Below are positions 1 to 10,984 of a stretch of DNA of 64,000 nt, in pieces. The DNA comes from Camelus dromedarius (Eukaryota): contig NC_087436.1 of assembly GCF_036321535.1 (NCBI RefSeq), positions 99,202,001 through 99,266,000 of the forward strand, written 5' to 3'. The notes beneath the pieces were generated by a model. The model saw only the letters and a list, made by a program, of their open reading frames with translations. It did not search any database and was not told the origin of the DNA. A program made the translations under genes and the position numbers. Within the stretch, counting starts at the first letter, position 1, and every line of letters starts with the position of its first letter.

Positions 1-467
1 AATTATACATGAACATACATATATTCATTGTCACATTTTTTTCGCTGTGAGCTACCACAAGATCTTGTATATATTTCCCTGTGCTATACAGTATAATCTT
101 ATTTATCTGTTCTGCGTATGTCTGTCAGTACCTGCAAATTTTGAAATTCCAGTCTGTCCCTTCCCACTCCCCACCCCCTTGGCAACCACGAGTTTTTGTT
201 CTATGTCCATATGTCTGTTTCTGTTTTGTATTTACGTTCTTCTTTTTTTTTTTTTAGATTCCACATATGAGCGATCTCATATGGTATTTTTCTTTCTCTT
301 TCTGGCTTACTTCACTTAGAATGACATTCTCCAGGAGCATCCATGTTGCTGAAAATGGCATTATGTTGTTAGTTTTTATGGCTGAATAGTATTCCATTGT
401 ATAAATATACTACTACTTCTTTATTCAGTCATCTGTTGATGGACATTTAGGCTGTTTCCATGTCTTG
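1..467 (-). mobile_element. Young camelid-type LINE-1, 5'-truncated 3' fragment (ORF2 C-terminus + 3'UTR); continues off the left edge
   Basis: Reverse complement closely matches the + strand L1 at ~1676-2125. The minus frame encodes [12 protein letters not shown], typical of the L1 ORF2 C-terminus. Similarity stops at ...TTCCATGTCTTG (467). Confidence 0.95.
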
Positions 468-910
468 TCACTGAAAATGAATTCTTTTATGCCCTTCAGG
501 TACCAAATGGACTGAAGACTCTGAGATGTTATTAGCATTTCCAAAGCACACCAAACAGGCAATGAGAGCCTCTGAAGACTACAATCCAAGTATGCATTCA
601 AAGCGTGACCAAAGCAGCTTTTATGTAACTTAGACTTCTTTTCAGGGTCCACCAAGACTTCTTTTAATGTCTAATGTGTATCTTGTGCTATTTCTTCTGT
701 GTCTCTGTGCCTTTGCTTCTTGCTTTTCTCAGGGTCATATAGTGTGTTTCTATCAAATACACACACATTACATACACATACAGATGCACACAGACATATA
801 TATTACAGAGGGACAGAGAAAGAGACAGTGTGTGTGTGAGGGTCATATACTCTGTTAGACTTTGAACATGTGTAGACAAAAAATAAAAATAAATTCATCA
901 TTTCTTTTTT

Positions 911-1890
911 CAGCAGCATGTAAAACAATGAAGCTAGAACACTCCCTTACACCATACCCCCAAATAAACTCAAAATGGATCAAAGACTTAAACATAAGAC
1001 AAGATACAATAAACCTCCTAGAGGAAAATATAAGCAAAACATTATCTGACATACATCTGAAAAATTTTCTCCTAGAAGAAATAAAAGCACAAATAAACAA
1101 TTGGGACCTAATGAAACTTACAAGCTTCTGCACAGCAAAGGAAACCATAAGTAAAACAAAAAGACAACCTATGGAATGGGAGAAAATCTTTGCAAATGAA
1201 ACCGACAAAGGCTTGATCTCCAGAATATATAAGCAGCTCATATGACTTAATAAGAAAAAAACAAACAACCCCATCCAAAGATGGGCAAAAGACCTGAACA
1301 AGCAATCCCCCAAGGAAGACATACAAATGATCAATAGGCACGTGAAAAAATGCTCAATGTCACTAATTATCAGAGAAATGCAAATCAAAACTGCAATGAG
1401 GTATCACTTCACATCAGTCAGAATGGCCATCATTCAAAAATCTACAAATGACAAATGCTGTAGAGGCTGTGGAGAAAGGGGAACCCTTCTACACTGCTGG
1501 TGGGAATGCAGTTTGGTGCAGCCACTGTGGAAAACAGTATGGAGATTCCTCAAAAGATTAGGAATAGACTTACCATACGACCCAGGAATCCCGCTCCTGG
1601 GCTTATATCCAGAAGGAACCCTACTTCAAGATGACACCTGCACCCCAATGTTCATAGCAGCACTATTTACAACAGCCAAGACATGGAAACAGCCTAAATG
1701 TCCATCAACAGATGACTGGATAAAGAAGATGTCATATATTTACACAATGGAATACTACTCAGCCATAAAAACTGACAGCATAATGCCATTTGCAGCAACA
1801 TGGATGCTCCTGGAGAATGTCATTCTAAGTGAAGTAAGCCAGAAAGAGAAAGAAAAATACCATATGAGATCGCTCATATGTGGAATCTAA
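911..1890 (+). pseudogene. LINE-1 ORF2p C-terminal remnant (CCHC cysteine-rich domain), disrupted by a stop at 1243-1245
   Basis: ORFs 862..1245 and 1327..1890 are in the same frame, both are L1 ORF2-like, and an in-frame TGA separates them. No EN or RT domain is present. Confidence 0.93.
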
Positions 1891-2220
1891 AAAACAAAAA
1901 CAAAAAAACAAAGCATAAATACAAAACAGAGATAGACTCATAGACATAGAATACAAACTTGTGGTTGCCAAGGGGGTGGAGGGTGGGAAGGGATAGACAG
2001 GATTTCAAAATTGTAGAATAAACAAGATTATACTGTAAAGCACAGGGAAATATACACAAGATCTTGTGGTACCTCACAGAGAAAAAAATGTGACAATGAA
2101 TATATATATGTTCATGTATAATTGAAAAATTGTGCTCTACACTGGAATTTGACACAACATTGTAAACTGATTATAAATCAATAAAACATGTTAAAAATTA
2201 CTAAATATAAATAAAAAAAA
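911..2220 (+). mobile_element. Young camelid-type LINE-1, 5'-truncated (~1.3 kb; ORF2 C-terminal part, 3'UTR, A-rich tail)
   Basis: Translates to L1 ORF2 motifs ([34 protein letters not shown] zinc knuckle; [12 protein letters not shown]). It has a G-rich 3'UTR tract at 1972-1992, AATAAA near 2180 and an A-tail to 2220. Confidence 0.97.
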
Positions 2221-3229
2221 GAAATCACTACGATGAATTAAAGAAAAATGAGAGAAATCAGTATGGTCTTTTGCCTAAAAGCAATACTATTTTATCAATC
2301 TAAATATGATAAACAGAAAAAATTCATATAGAAACAAAAACATTTTTTTAAATTTATTTTTAATTATCAAATTAAGTGGTGTCACTTGACTTACAAAGTG
2401 CTATGCTGGTGCTTGGGTTGGATAATTGAAAAATATCAGATGTGAAGTTTCATAACTGAAATAAGCCTAATTTTGATTCTACTAAATTAGACAGAAATGA
2501 CAAAGAAAAACTTAGTGGTATCAAGGTATTATTCTACTGCCTCCTTTTAATCTACCTCAAGTGTTTAAATTACATTCAGGTTTACCCCTTACCTATGTGG
2601 CTCCAACCTCCCCTTGGGAAACATTCATTTCTTTCCACAGCAGAACTATCTGGCAGGAATAGTTGCAGGATTAATAGGCATGAATGGACCTAAAAATTTT
2701 GTCTACAAATTGGGCACTGATTTGGGGGAAAGTGTATTGCCCACTTTTCATGGCAGAAATGACTGGCCATGGTTGGGCTCAACTGTAGTCCCATCGCCTC
2801 ACTGAAGTAAAACATGGTCAGTGAACAGGTTTCTCTCTTTTTAACAAATGAAAGAAATAGCAGAGGAATACTATATTTGTAAAGATTTCCCTTTTTAAGC
2901 ATTATACATTTCAGTTGTTGCAATAATGTGAAATTTATCTTTTATTCAGATGGCTGAACCTAGCTTGTGGTTTTACTTAAATGAGAACAATAGTTAAAAA
3001 TTACAATTTGCTATTTCCACTTTTTAAGCCACAATATGAGAAAGAATAATTAAATCACAGTTAGTGTTGTGTGTTTCAAGCTTGGAAAAGAGATTTTGAT
3101 CAAGTCTTTAAGTAGAAATATTTATTTGAGGAGATGCAGGGAATGGTATCTACTTACAGGAGACAATACTTTGTAGGAAAGAAAATATGTATAATAAAAT
3201 ATGCCAAAAAGTAACGTGATAAGCATGTA

Positions 3230-4120
3230 AGGAATGATGCATATAAACCACTATGCAAGTTAAGAGAAGGAATAGATTATTTCTTATTATTGTAAGCAGG
3301 GAGAACTTTAGTAGTTCGTTGATTTTAATAATTCTTGAAGGATAAACTACTGATAGTTAATAAAACAGAGTGAGAGAATGTATGGATAAAGACAAGAATG
3401 AGGATTAGAAAAAAAGGCCAGTATTTCAATAAATCTCATGTATAATTTTTAGTGAGGAAATAGTGGGAAATATGGCTTGGGCAAAAGAGCCAGACCATAG
3501 GTGTTTTGAATATTCAATATACAATTTTATTCTATTCTCATGGCAAAATGAAATCCCTGAAGTTTTAATGGCAGATGTAGTTGATCTAAGAACAATATTG
3601 CAAAAGGTCTACTCTGATGGTGACCTGGGAGATTAAATGGGAGAATATATGTGATATTCTCGTAGGAATAAAGACAATCCCTACTTCTTTTATGATCATA
3701 CGCTGCTTTAATACAAATTGATTTATTGTTTACTCAATATTCAGTTTATTGTATGGTAATTATCTACATATTGATCTACAAAAGATAGAGAATGTCTAGT
3801 GAACAGAGATTTTGCCTTTCACTTCTGTATCTTTATACCAGTGAAATGCTAAGCTCGTGGTAAATATGAATCAAATAAAGAAATAACTGTGTTTGGAAAG
3901 AAGAACAAAAAGTCAAAAAAGTAAACATAGATGTTTTGAATACTCAGAAAATAACCATGTTGTTGACGGAAGGAGCAACAACAGGAGAAGGCCTCAGCTT
4001 GGGGCAGAAAGAAAGTGTAGTTTTAAATACATTAAGGCAGAAAATATTGATAAAATATTTAGATCAGAAATGTCCAGAAGGCAATTACTAGCAGTTGGAT
4101 TATATTCTGGGTGAAAAGAG
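3230..4120 (-). mobile_element. Degraded L2 LINE fragments
   Basis: Purine-rich segments resembling antisense L2 (e.g. GCCAGACCATAGGTGTTTTG...GAAATCCCTGAAGTTTTAA; GAAATGTCCAGAAGGCAATT). Confidence 0.5.
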
Positions 4121-4752
4121 ATGAACTGATACTCCAAAGATTAGGACAAAAATGATGAGAAAAAACTCAGAGTTAATAAGATTAAGACGTAACAAGGATA
4201 ACCACTGCATATGTTTCTCTGAAGAAAATCTGAAAAGTTGGGGTTTTAATTCTATAATAATATTTTAATTTTATGATTTGCAAAGAATAACATAAGAATT
4301 ATCAAACCAGAATTAATTTTCTCCATAATGAAAAAAGCAGTTGTATTTAAAAAAAAAAAAACCACAGAAAGGACAGAACCATCAAAACTGAGATAATGAA
4401 ACTAAAATCCATTGAATGTAAATGTTTTGCCACAAATGACAGTTAATTAATAGCCAAAGGAGTACCCTTTAAATGTAGATTCTCATTTTCTTTTTCAATC
4501 TTTTCTGATCTTCAGCAGGTACATTTTTAAACATTTCCAATTTTTTATTCTTTTAGTGGTTATACTCATATTTTATAAGATCAGTTTAAATAGGAAATAG
4601 ATGCAAATCTGATTTATCATCCTTGATTTGTTTGTTAGTTGTTTTCCATTGCTGACAGATATTCAGCTTTTCTATTTGACCTCGAAGTTTGAATATTTCA
4701 TACCTGAAATGTGTCCTAGGATGGAACTGGTTTTTTTTGGTAAACATATATA

Positions 4753-5990
4753 TTTTTTATTGAAGTATAGTCAGTTTACAATGTTGTATGAATCTCATGT
4801 ACAGCACAATGAGTCAGTCATACATGAACACACATATATTTGCTTGCATATTTTTTCACCATAAGTCACTGCAAGATATTGAATATAGTTCCTTGCACTA
4901 TACAGTATGAATTTATTATTTATCGATTTTATATATATTAGTATTTGCAGATCTTGAACTCCCAATTTATCCCTTCCCACTTTCCCTTCTGGTAACCATA
5001 TGTTTGTTTCCTATGTCTGTGAGTCTGTTTGTGTTTGGAAATAAGTGTGTTTGTCTTTTTTTTTTTTTTTTATTCCACATACAAGTGATGTCCATATGGT
5101 ATATTTCTTTATTTTTCTGGCTTATTTCAATTAGAATGACATTCTTCAAGTCAATCCATGTTGCTGTAAATGGTATTATTTTATTATTTTTTACGGCTGA
5201 GTAGTATTCCATTGTAAAAATATACCACAACTTCCTTATCCAGTCATCTGTTGATGGACATTTAGGTTCTTTCCATATCTTGGCTATTATAAACAGTGCT
5301 GCTATGAACATTGAGGTGCATGTGTCTTTTTGAACTAAGGTTCCCTCTGGATATATGCCCAGGAGTGGGTTTGCTAGATCATATGGTAAGTTTGTTTTTA
5401 GTCTCTTGAGGAATCTGCATACTATTTTCCATAACAGCTGCACTAAACTACATTCCCACCAACAGTGTAGGAGGGCTTTCTCTTCTTCACACCCTCTCCA
5501 GCATTTACCATTTGTGGAGTTTTGAATGATAGCCATTCTCACTGGTGTGAGGTGAACCCTCACTGTAGCTTTGATCTGCATTTCTCTGATAATTAGCAAT
5601 ATTGAGCATTTTATCATGTGCCTATTGGCCATTTGTATGTCTTCACTGGAGAATTGCTTGTTTACGTCTTCCACTCAGTTTTGCGTTGTGCTGTTTGTTT
5701 TTTTCTTATTAGGTTGTATGAGCTATTTATACATTCTAGAAATCAAGCCCTTGTCCCACTGTTTGCAAATATTTCCTACCTATCTTTAGGTTCTTTTTGT
5801 TTTGGTTTCCTTTGCTTTGCAAATGCTTATAAGTTTAATTAGGTCCCTAGGAGAACATTGCTGAGATTTAGGTCAGATCATATTTGCCTATGTTTTCTTC
5901 TAAGAGGTTTATAGTATTTTGTCTTGTATTAAGTCTTTAAACCATTTTGAGTTTATTTTTGTGTATGGTGTGAGGGAGTATTCTAACTTC
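4753..5990 (-). mobile_element. Older-subfamily LINE-1, 5'-truncated (ORF2 C-terminus + 3'UTR)
   Basis: Minus ORF 4967..5674 is L1 ORF2-like ([29 protein letters not shown]). The 3' end TTTTTTATTGAAGTATAGTCAGTTTACAATG differs from the tail of the younger copies. Confidence 0.95.
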
Positions 5991-6229
5991 AAACTATCTG
6001 GAAATCTTTAGGGTTTTGCCAACCATGCAAACACCTTCTATACTGCTATGTTCACCACAGAGATGTGTATATACATGAATTTCATATTAGTCTGTCACAG
6101 AAATAAATGTTTGCTGAGAAATTAGCAAAAGCTTAATGTAATGGGAAAGAGCACTGAATATATCTGACAAAGTGACTGCCCCTATGAAACATGAAGTCTC
6201 ATGGGAGTGGGCAGGCAAAAACTAAAATA

Positions 6230-6940
6230 AATATGTCATAAACATATTTAAATGTGTTAAATTCTATGGAGCAATGTAAAGCAAAGAAAGGAAACATGAA
6301 ATACAGAAGATAGGGTAGCTTGTTCAGTGAAGAACTCACTAAGAAATAGATAATGGCAGTGAGGGAGGGAGAGATGTTCACACAGGAAGAAGAAAAAGTG
6401 AAAAATTCGGTGTTAGGAGCATTTTATTGTGTTTGAAAACCAACAGACAGGACATGGTGGCTAAGACTGAAAGAATTATGGGGGATTGCACTGTAAAGTA
6501 TTCTGTAGTGGAGACAGTTGGAGACTATATTTTGAAGGGCTTTGCAGGCCACTACAAGGATATATATTGCCTTTTACTTTGACAGAAATGGAAAGTCACT
6601 GGAGGGTTTGAGCAGAGAAATGATATAATGTGCCATACATTTAACAGGATTATACAGATTGCTGTGTTGTGAGCAGGCTGACTCTAGGGAGCAAGGGTGG
6701 TGGAGACTGGGAGATCAGCTGGGAAGTGACTGCAATCATCTAGCCAAGAGAAGATAATAGCTTGGATGATGGTGGTAGTGAGGGAAGCGAGAAGAGACAC
6801 TGGAATTTGAGATATATTTAAATTTAGGATTTGATGAGATATTGGATGTATGGCGTGAGATAAAGAGAAGATTGGAAAATAACAAGGTTTTTGGCCTCAC
6901 AACTGGAAAAGTAGATAAGTTGTTTTTCATAGAGATGAAA
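6230..6940 (-). mobile_element. L2 LINE fragment
   Basis: Antisense L2 signatures: GGAAAGTCACTGGAGGGTTTGAGCAGAGAAATGATATAAT and GGAGACTGGGAGATCAGCTGGGAAGTGACTGCAATCATCTAGCCAAGAGAAGATAATAGCTTGG. Confidence 0.8.
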
Positions 6941-7324
6941 TTTCCTAAGTTTCATTAACAAAAATGTTTCATTTACTTTCCCACTAAAAGAAATCCATTG
7001 ATACTGCCTGTCTTCTGATGGTGTCAGCTCTCTTCTTATTTACTGTTTTGAATTTATATGTTTCTGTACTCATCTTACTGTAGTCTCAGAGGGGGAGGAG
7101 AAAATAGCATGAACTCACTTTACATTTTTACTGAAATGTCCTCAAATTGTTTTTCAGTATGAAGAAACTGATACAAGAAAATAATTTGCCTTTTTAAACA
7201 ACAAATGAAAGATATCCTTAATTTAGTTACTATTTTAAAAAGTAAGTTTAATATTACAAAGCAATACTGTATGTATTACACGGAGAGACAGTTAACACAT
7301 AGCAGAAAATAGCATTTTTTTCAT

Positions 7325-7560
7325 GTCAGGGATACCAAGATTCAAATCTCATTTACTCACTCATAATCATAGAACCCTGGACGAGTATGGTATATTTTTG
7401 AAACATAAGTTTTCTTATATGTGAAATGGGAAAATTAATTTTATCTATGTCATAGACTGAAAATTAAATAAAAATGTCATATGCACTACATAATACAATA
7501 CTTAATAGGGCTTGACATATGATGAGGGCTCAACAGGTTTTAAATAATTCATTATTATCC
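7325..7560 (+). mobile_element. MIR SINE
   Basis: MIR core-like AGTTTTCTTATATGTGAAATGGGAAAAT and tail GGGCTTGACATATGATGAGGGCTCAA. Confidence 0.7.
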
Positions 7561-8189
7561 ATGATTAAGAACTAATCAATTTTGGGGTCAGCAGTTCTAA
7601 ACTAAATACTGTTTTTCTACTATCCTTCCAACTAACGGAAGACAAAGCAATTATACTTTTCTTTCATTTTGTTTTAAGTTAGTACATAATGAAACTCAGA
7701 TGAATATAGGGATTAGTATTTTGAGTGGCTTCATTTCACAATGACTGTTTGTAATTTTCACAATGAAAATTTTGTGAACATTTCACCAGGCAGTCATCGC
7801 AGCCAATGCCTGGGCATGTGTCTGAAATGATGCCTGATAGACTAAAAATATTCAGTCAATAACACTATGTGATAAATCACTAGTAACATATAAATTAAAG
7901 CAAACATTACTTATTAAAACCCTATGTCTTGATGCATGCAGTTTTTTCCTGATGAGAGATTTACCTCAAAGAGTCTTTCTACGTGTGTAGAGTAAAATAA
8001 TAATTGCTATTGTATTTAAGTACCATGTTTAGACAGTATTGAATATCTGATGTGTCCGAGATTGTGGCTACAGGCATTTACATCTATTCAAAGTGTTTTG
8101 CAACTGATACAGGACAGACTTTGGCAAATGAGAAAACAAGGCATTTGTATACAATCTGTGTGCATAAGACTGTGGAGAAGCTGACCAGC

Positions 8190-8340
8190 AGTAATCAGAT
8201 AATCTCTTATTTGATTTTTACACAGGGCAGATGTAATCAGTCTTCCCCCACTTTACTGATGGAAAAATAAAGAGAGCAAGAAACTTTCTCAACAGCAAAG
8301 AATTAGGAAGTTTAAGAACTGGAACTGGAACCCAAGTTTA
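8190..8340 (-). mobile_element. MIR SINE fragment
   Basis: CCCCACTTTACTGATGGAAAAA...GAACTGGAACTGGAACCCAAG resembles antisense MIR. Confidence 0.55.
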
Positions 8341-9719
8341 TCCCCCAAAAAAGTCATAGGTTGTTTTATTTTTGGTCTTTTTATCAATGTATCTTTGCGA
8401 GTGGCTTGCCTTCAATTAACCAATGCAGACTTTTAACAATTTGTACATTAAAAAAATATTTCTTACCTGTTGTAAAGTGGAGACAAGAGAGTGGTATCTA
8501 TGAAAATTCCATCCAGATTCTGGGTATTTCCTCAGAATGATTTAGTAACACTAATCACTTTTCGTAAGCCTCATTCTATTGGCCTGATAGACTTTGTCTC
8601 GTCTCCAAAGGTACGTGATAACTTAGTTAATCAAAGATTATGAATAAATCAATAGGAACTTACGATGATTCAAATCATTTTATAAAGAAAGAAAGTATTC
8701 CCCCAAATCAAGATCATGTATGTGAATATTGCACCAAAGTAATGAAAGCTTTGACTTTCAGGAAAATTTATAGACGGAGACGGTAATATGATGTAGAACG
8801 TCACTAAAGCTACAAAATGTAAAAGCATGACATAAAACTTTGAAGACACATCATTTCTGTCAAAAGCATCAGCACTATGTTTCAAACTTCCATCACAAAG
8901 CCCCCAGATTCTACTGCAAAGGCTGAGGACACACAGTAGAGAAGTATGCAATCTGCAATTTTATACAAGCAGATGAAATTCAGGTTCACAGAGGCTGTGT
9001 TTCTCCTGTAAACCTCAGGAGCATAATTCCCTTAAGGTAGCTCTCCTTGGACAGCGTTAACTTTCTGGCAGTAGGTACTGTTTAGCATGAACATCTGACA
9101 CTGCTCTTAAGAGGTTTCTTAGGTACCCAGTGGCCCCAGTTGGTGTGTAGGATATATACATAGTTTAAATAGTTCTCTTGACTTCTGGCAATTTCTGACA
9201 AACTAGAAATCCCAGCAGGAACTAAAATGACATTCATTGACAGCTATGGGATGGTCTGCATTGTATTTCACCTTCCAGCATTTTTACTCTTTCAATAAAG
9301 TGTATCATCAAGAGGAATGGGAGGCCTGTCAGGTCACAAATACACTGTAAATAAAAAAATGACAGTTTTGCTTTTTGTATAAATAGGGACTGATGTGGAG
9401 CTTAGTTAAAGTCATCCAGACTCATGTATAAAGTTGAGAAATAGAACAAATTTACTGTGATATTTCAAAAATCTATTTGACACCTAGTTGGATTTGAGGA
9501 ATGAGTGATGCCACCACAAAATTTCAAAATAAATCTAACAAGATCTTACGCCACAGAGCCATGCCATCCATGGTGAAACCTACAAGTTGCCTGTGGGTCT
9601 CTCATTTCTAGAACTGTTCTGTTCATATATATGGTTATTGGGCAGCTCCATAAAAGTCCTTTCCTTGCTATATTAATATTCCTGAGCAGCTGCTCTTCAA
9701 GGGTAGGGGTGGGGTGATT

Positions 9720-10085
9720 ATGACAAAGAATACGTCAATCAGTCCCTTTCTCGGGGATTTAGAATTAAGAATAAAAGTATTGGGCATTCTCTTTTGGGTA
9801 ATAGGACCAATGATATAAAAACTCAGTGTATACTGAACAAATTCCATCTGTAACTTGAGAAAAGCAGCAACAGAAAGACTCGTTTAGAAATGCTCATAAA
9901 GCAGACATGCTGTAAGGAGCAGAGTAGGAGGGAAAATGCACTGGATCCCTATGCCCAGCTTCAGTCCATTTTCGAGGCCCCTATATATTCTGAGATATGC
10001 ATCCTTTGTCTCTGTAGCAAGTTTCTTATGGTTTTCTTAACCTAATGCAAGGTGTTGATGGAATCAAAAGAGTTCTCACTGATAC
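9720..10085 (+). mobile_element. Old MaLR (MLT1-type) LTR fragment
   Basis: The 3' end ...TTTCTTAACCTAATGCAAGG...AATCAAAAGAGTTCTCACTGATAC resembles MLT1 LTR termini. Confidence 0.45.
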
Positions 10086-10328
10086 TCTCTACTAAGGGAA
10101 ATAAACTGTTTCTAGTCATGCCCCTTCTGGCAGAAAGCATACATTAAACAAATATCTTATGATAACGGAGAATATTGGTGGAATAAACACCACATTAAGT
10201 TTTCAGATAATCAGGGTAACAGAGTAGAAAAATATGAGTTTGAAAGCCAAGAACACAGATTCTGATTCTGATTTTATCATATATGTGTTCTTGGGTTAAT
10301 TATGTAACTTCCTTCATCTCAGTGGTCA

Positions 10329-10984
10329 TAGACAGATTTAAGATGTGTAGTCACACAGGTCCCCACATTCAGAAGGGTCTTGGGATTTAATGTTCTGCTT
10401 TCATTATGTTGAAAGTCTCAATAACTTTCTCTTCCAATGTGTGTTTTGTAAGTGCAGTTTGATGGGACAATGGAGCCTGCACTGGGAGCTTGGAATCTTG
10501 GCTCATGTAACCCTGCTTTCTACTGTCCTCAACCTCCCCAGGGAGGGTACTTCTCTGTCCATTTCTGACCTTCTGACACCTTGGTCCCCACTCAGACTCC
10601 TTCTCCCAACACCTGGTTTGTATCTGTAGCTGCCCTCTGCCTAGAGCTGCAACTGGGTTGCATCACTGGAGCAGGGAGTCCTGTATTCTACCATCACATT
10701 TTGTCCCTGCTGGGAGTGTGGGTGCAGGGACTGTCAGGTCAGACGCATGCCTCATGGGCTCCTAGGGTGGGGAAACACAACCTCTTCTCCCTTGAGATGA
10801 CAGCACCACAGCACAGCATATCTGGCAGGTGTCTCTGCAGGAGCCCTTCTTTCATTCCTGATCCTGATAACTGTATCTGGGGATGAAGATTGAGATCCTG
10901 GGGAATCATCCATCCACAGTGCATTGGATTTTTGCAACATTTTCCCTTTTACTCTGGCCCTGCAAATTATGTAGCTAGCCCTTG
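10329..10984 (+). mobile_element. MER45-like hAT-Tip100 non-autonomous DNA transposon, next to a MIR fragment (~10220-10325)
   Basis: The 5' part GTAGTCACACAGGTCCCCACATTCAGAAGGG...TTTAATGTTCTGCT and the 3' end CTGGCCCTGCAAATTATGTAGCTAGCCCT match recalled MER45 termini. Confidence 0.75.

Noticed and set aside
667..879. Short ORFs over CA/TG-rich sequence
   Set aside because: Microsatellite-derived reading frames.
855..1388. Hydrophobic antisense ORFs (also 5571-5789, 22164-22544, 58478-58801)
   Set aside because: These are antisense shadows of A-rich L1 ORFs.
1..2220. Single twin-primed (5'-inverted) L1
   Set aside because: The two pieces cover the same 3' region and are separated by ~440 bp of unrelated DNA, so they are independent insertions.
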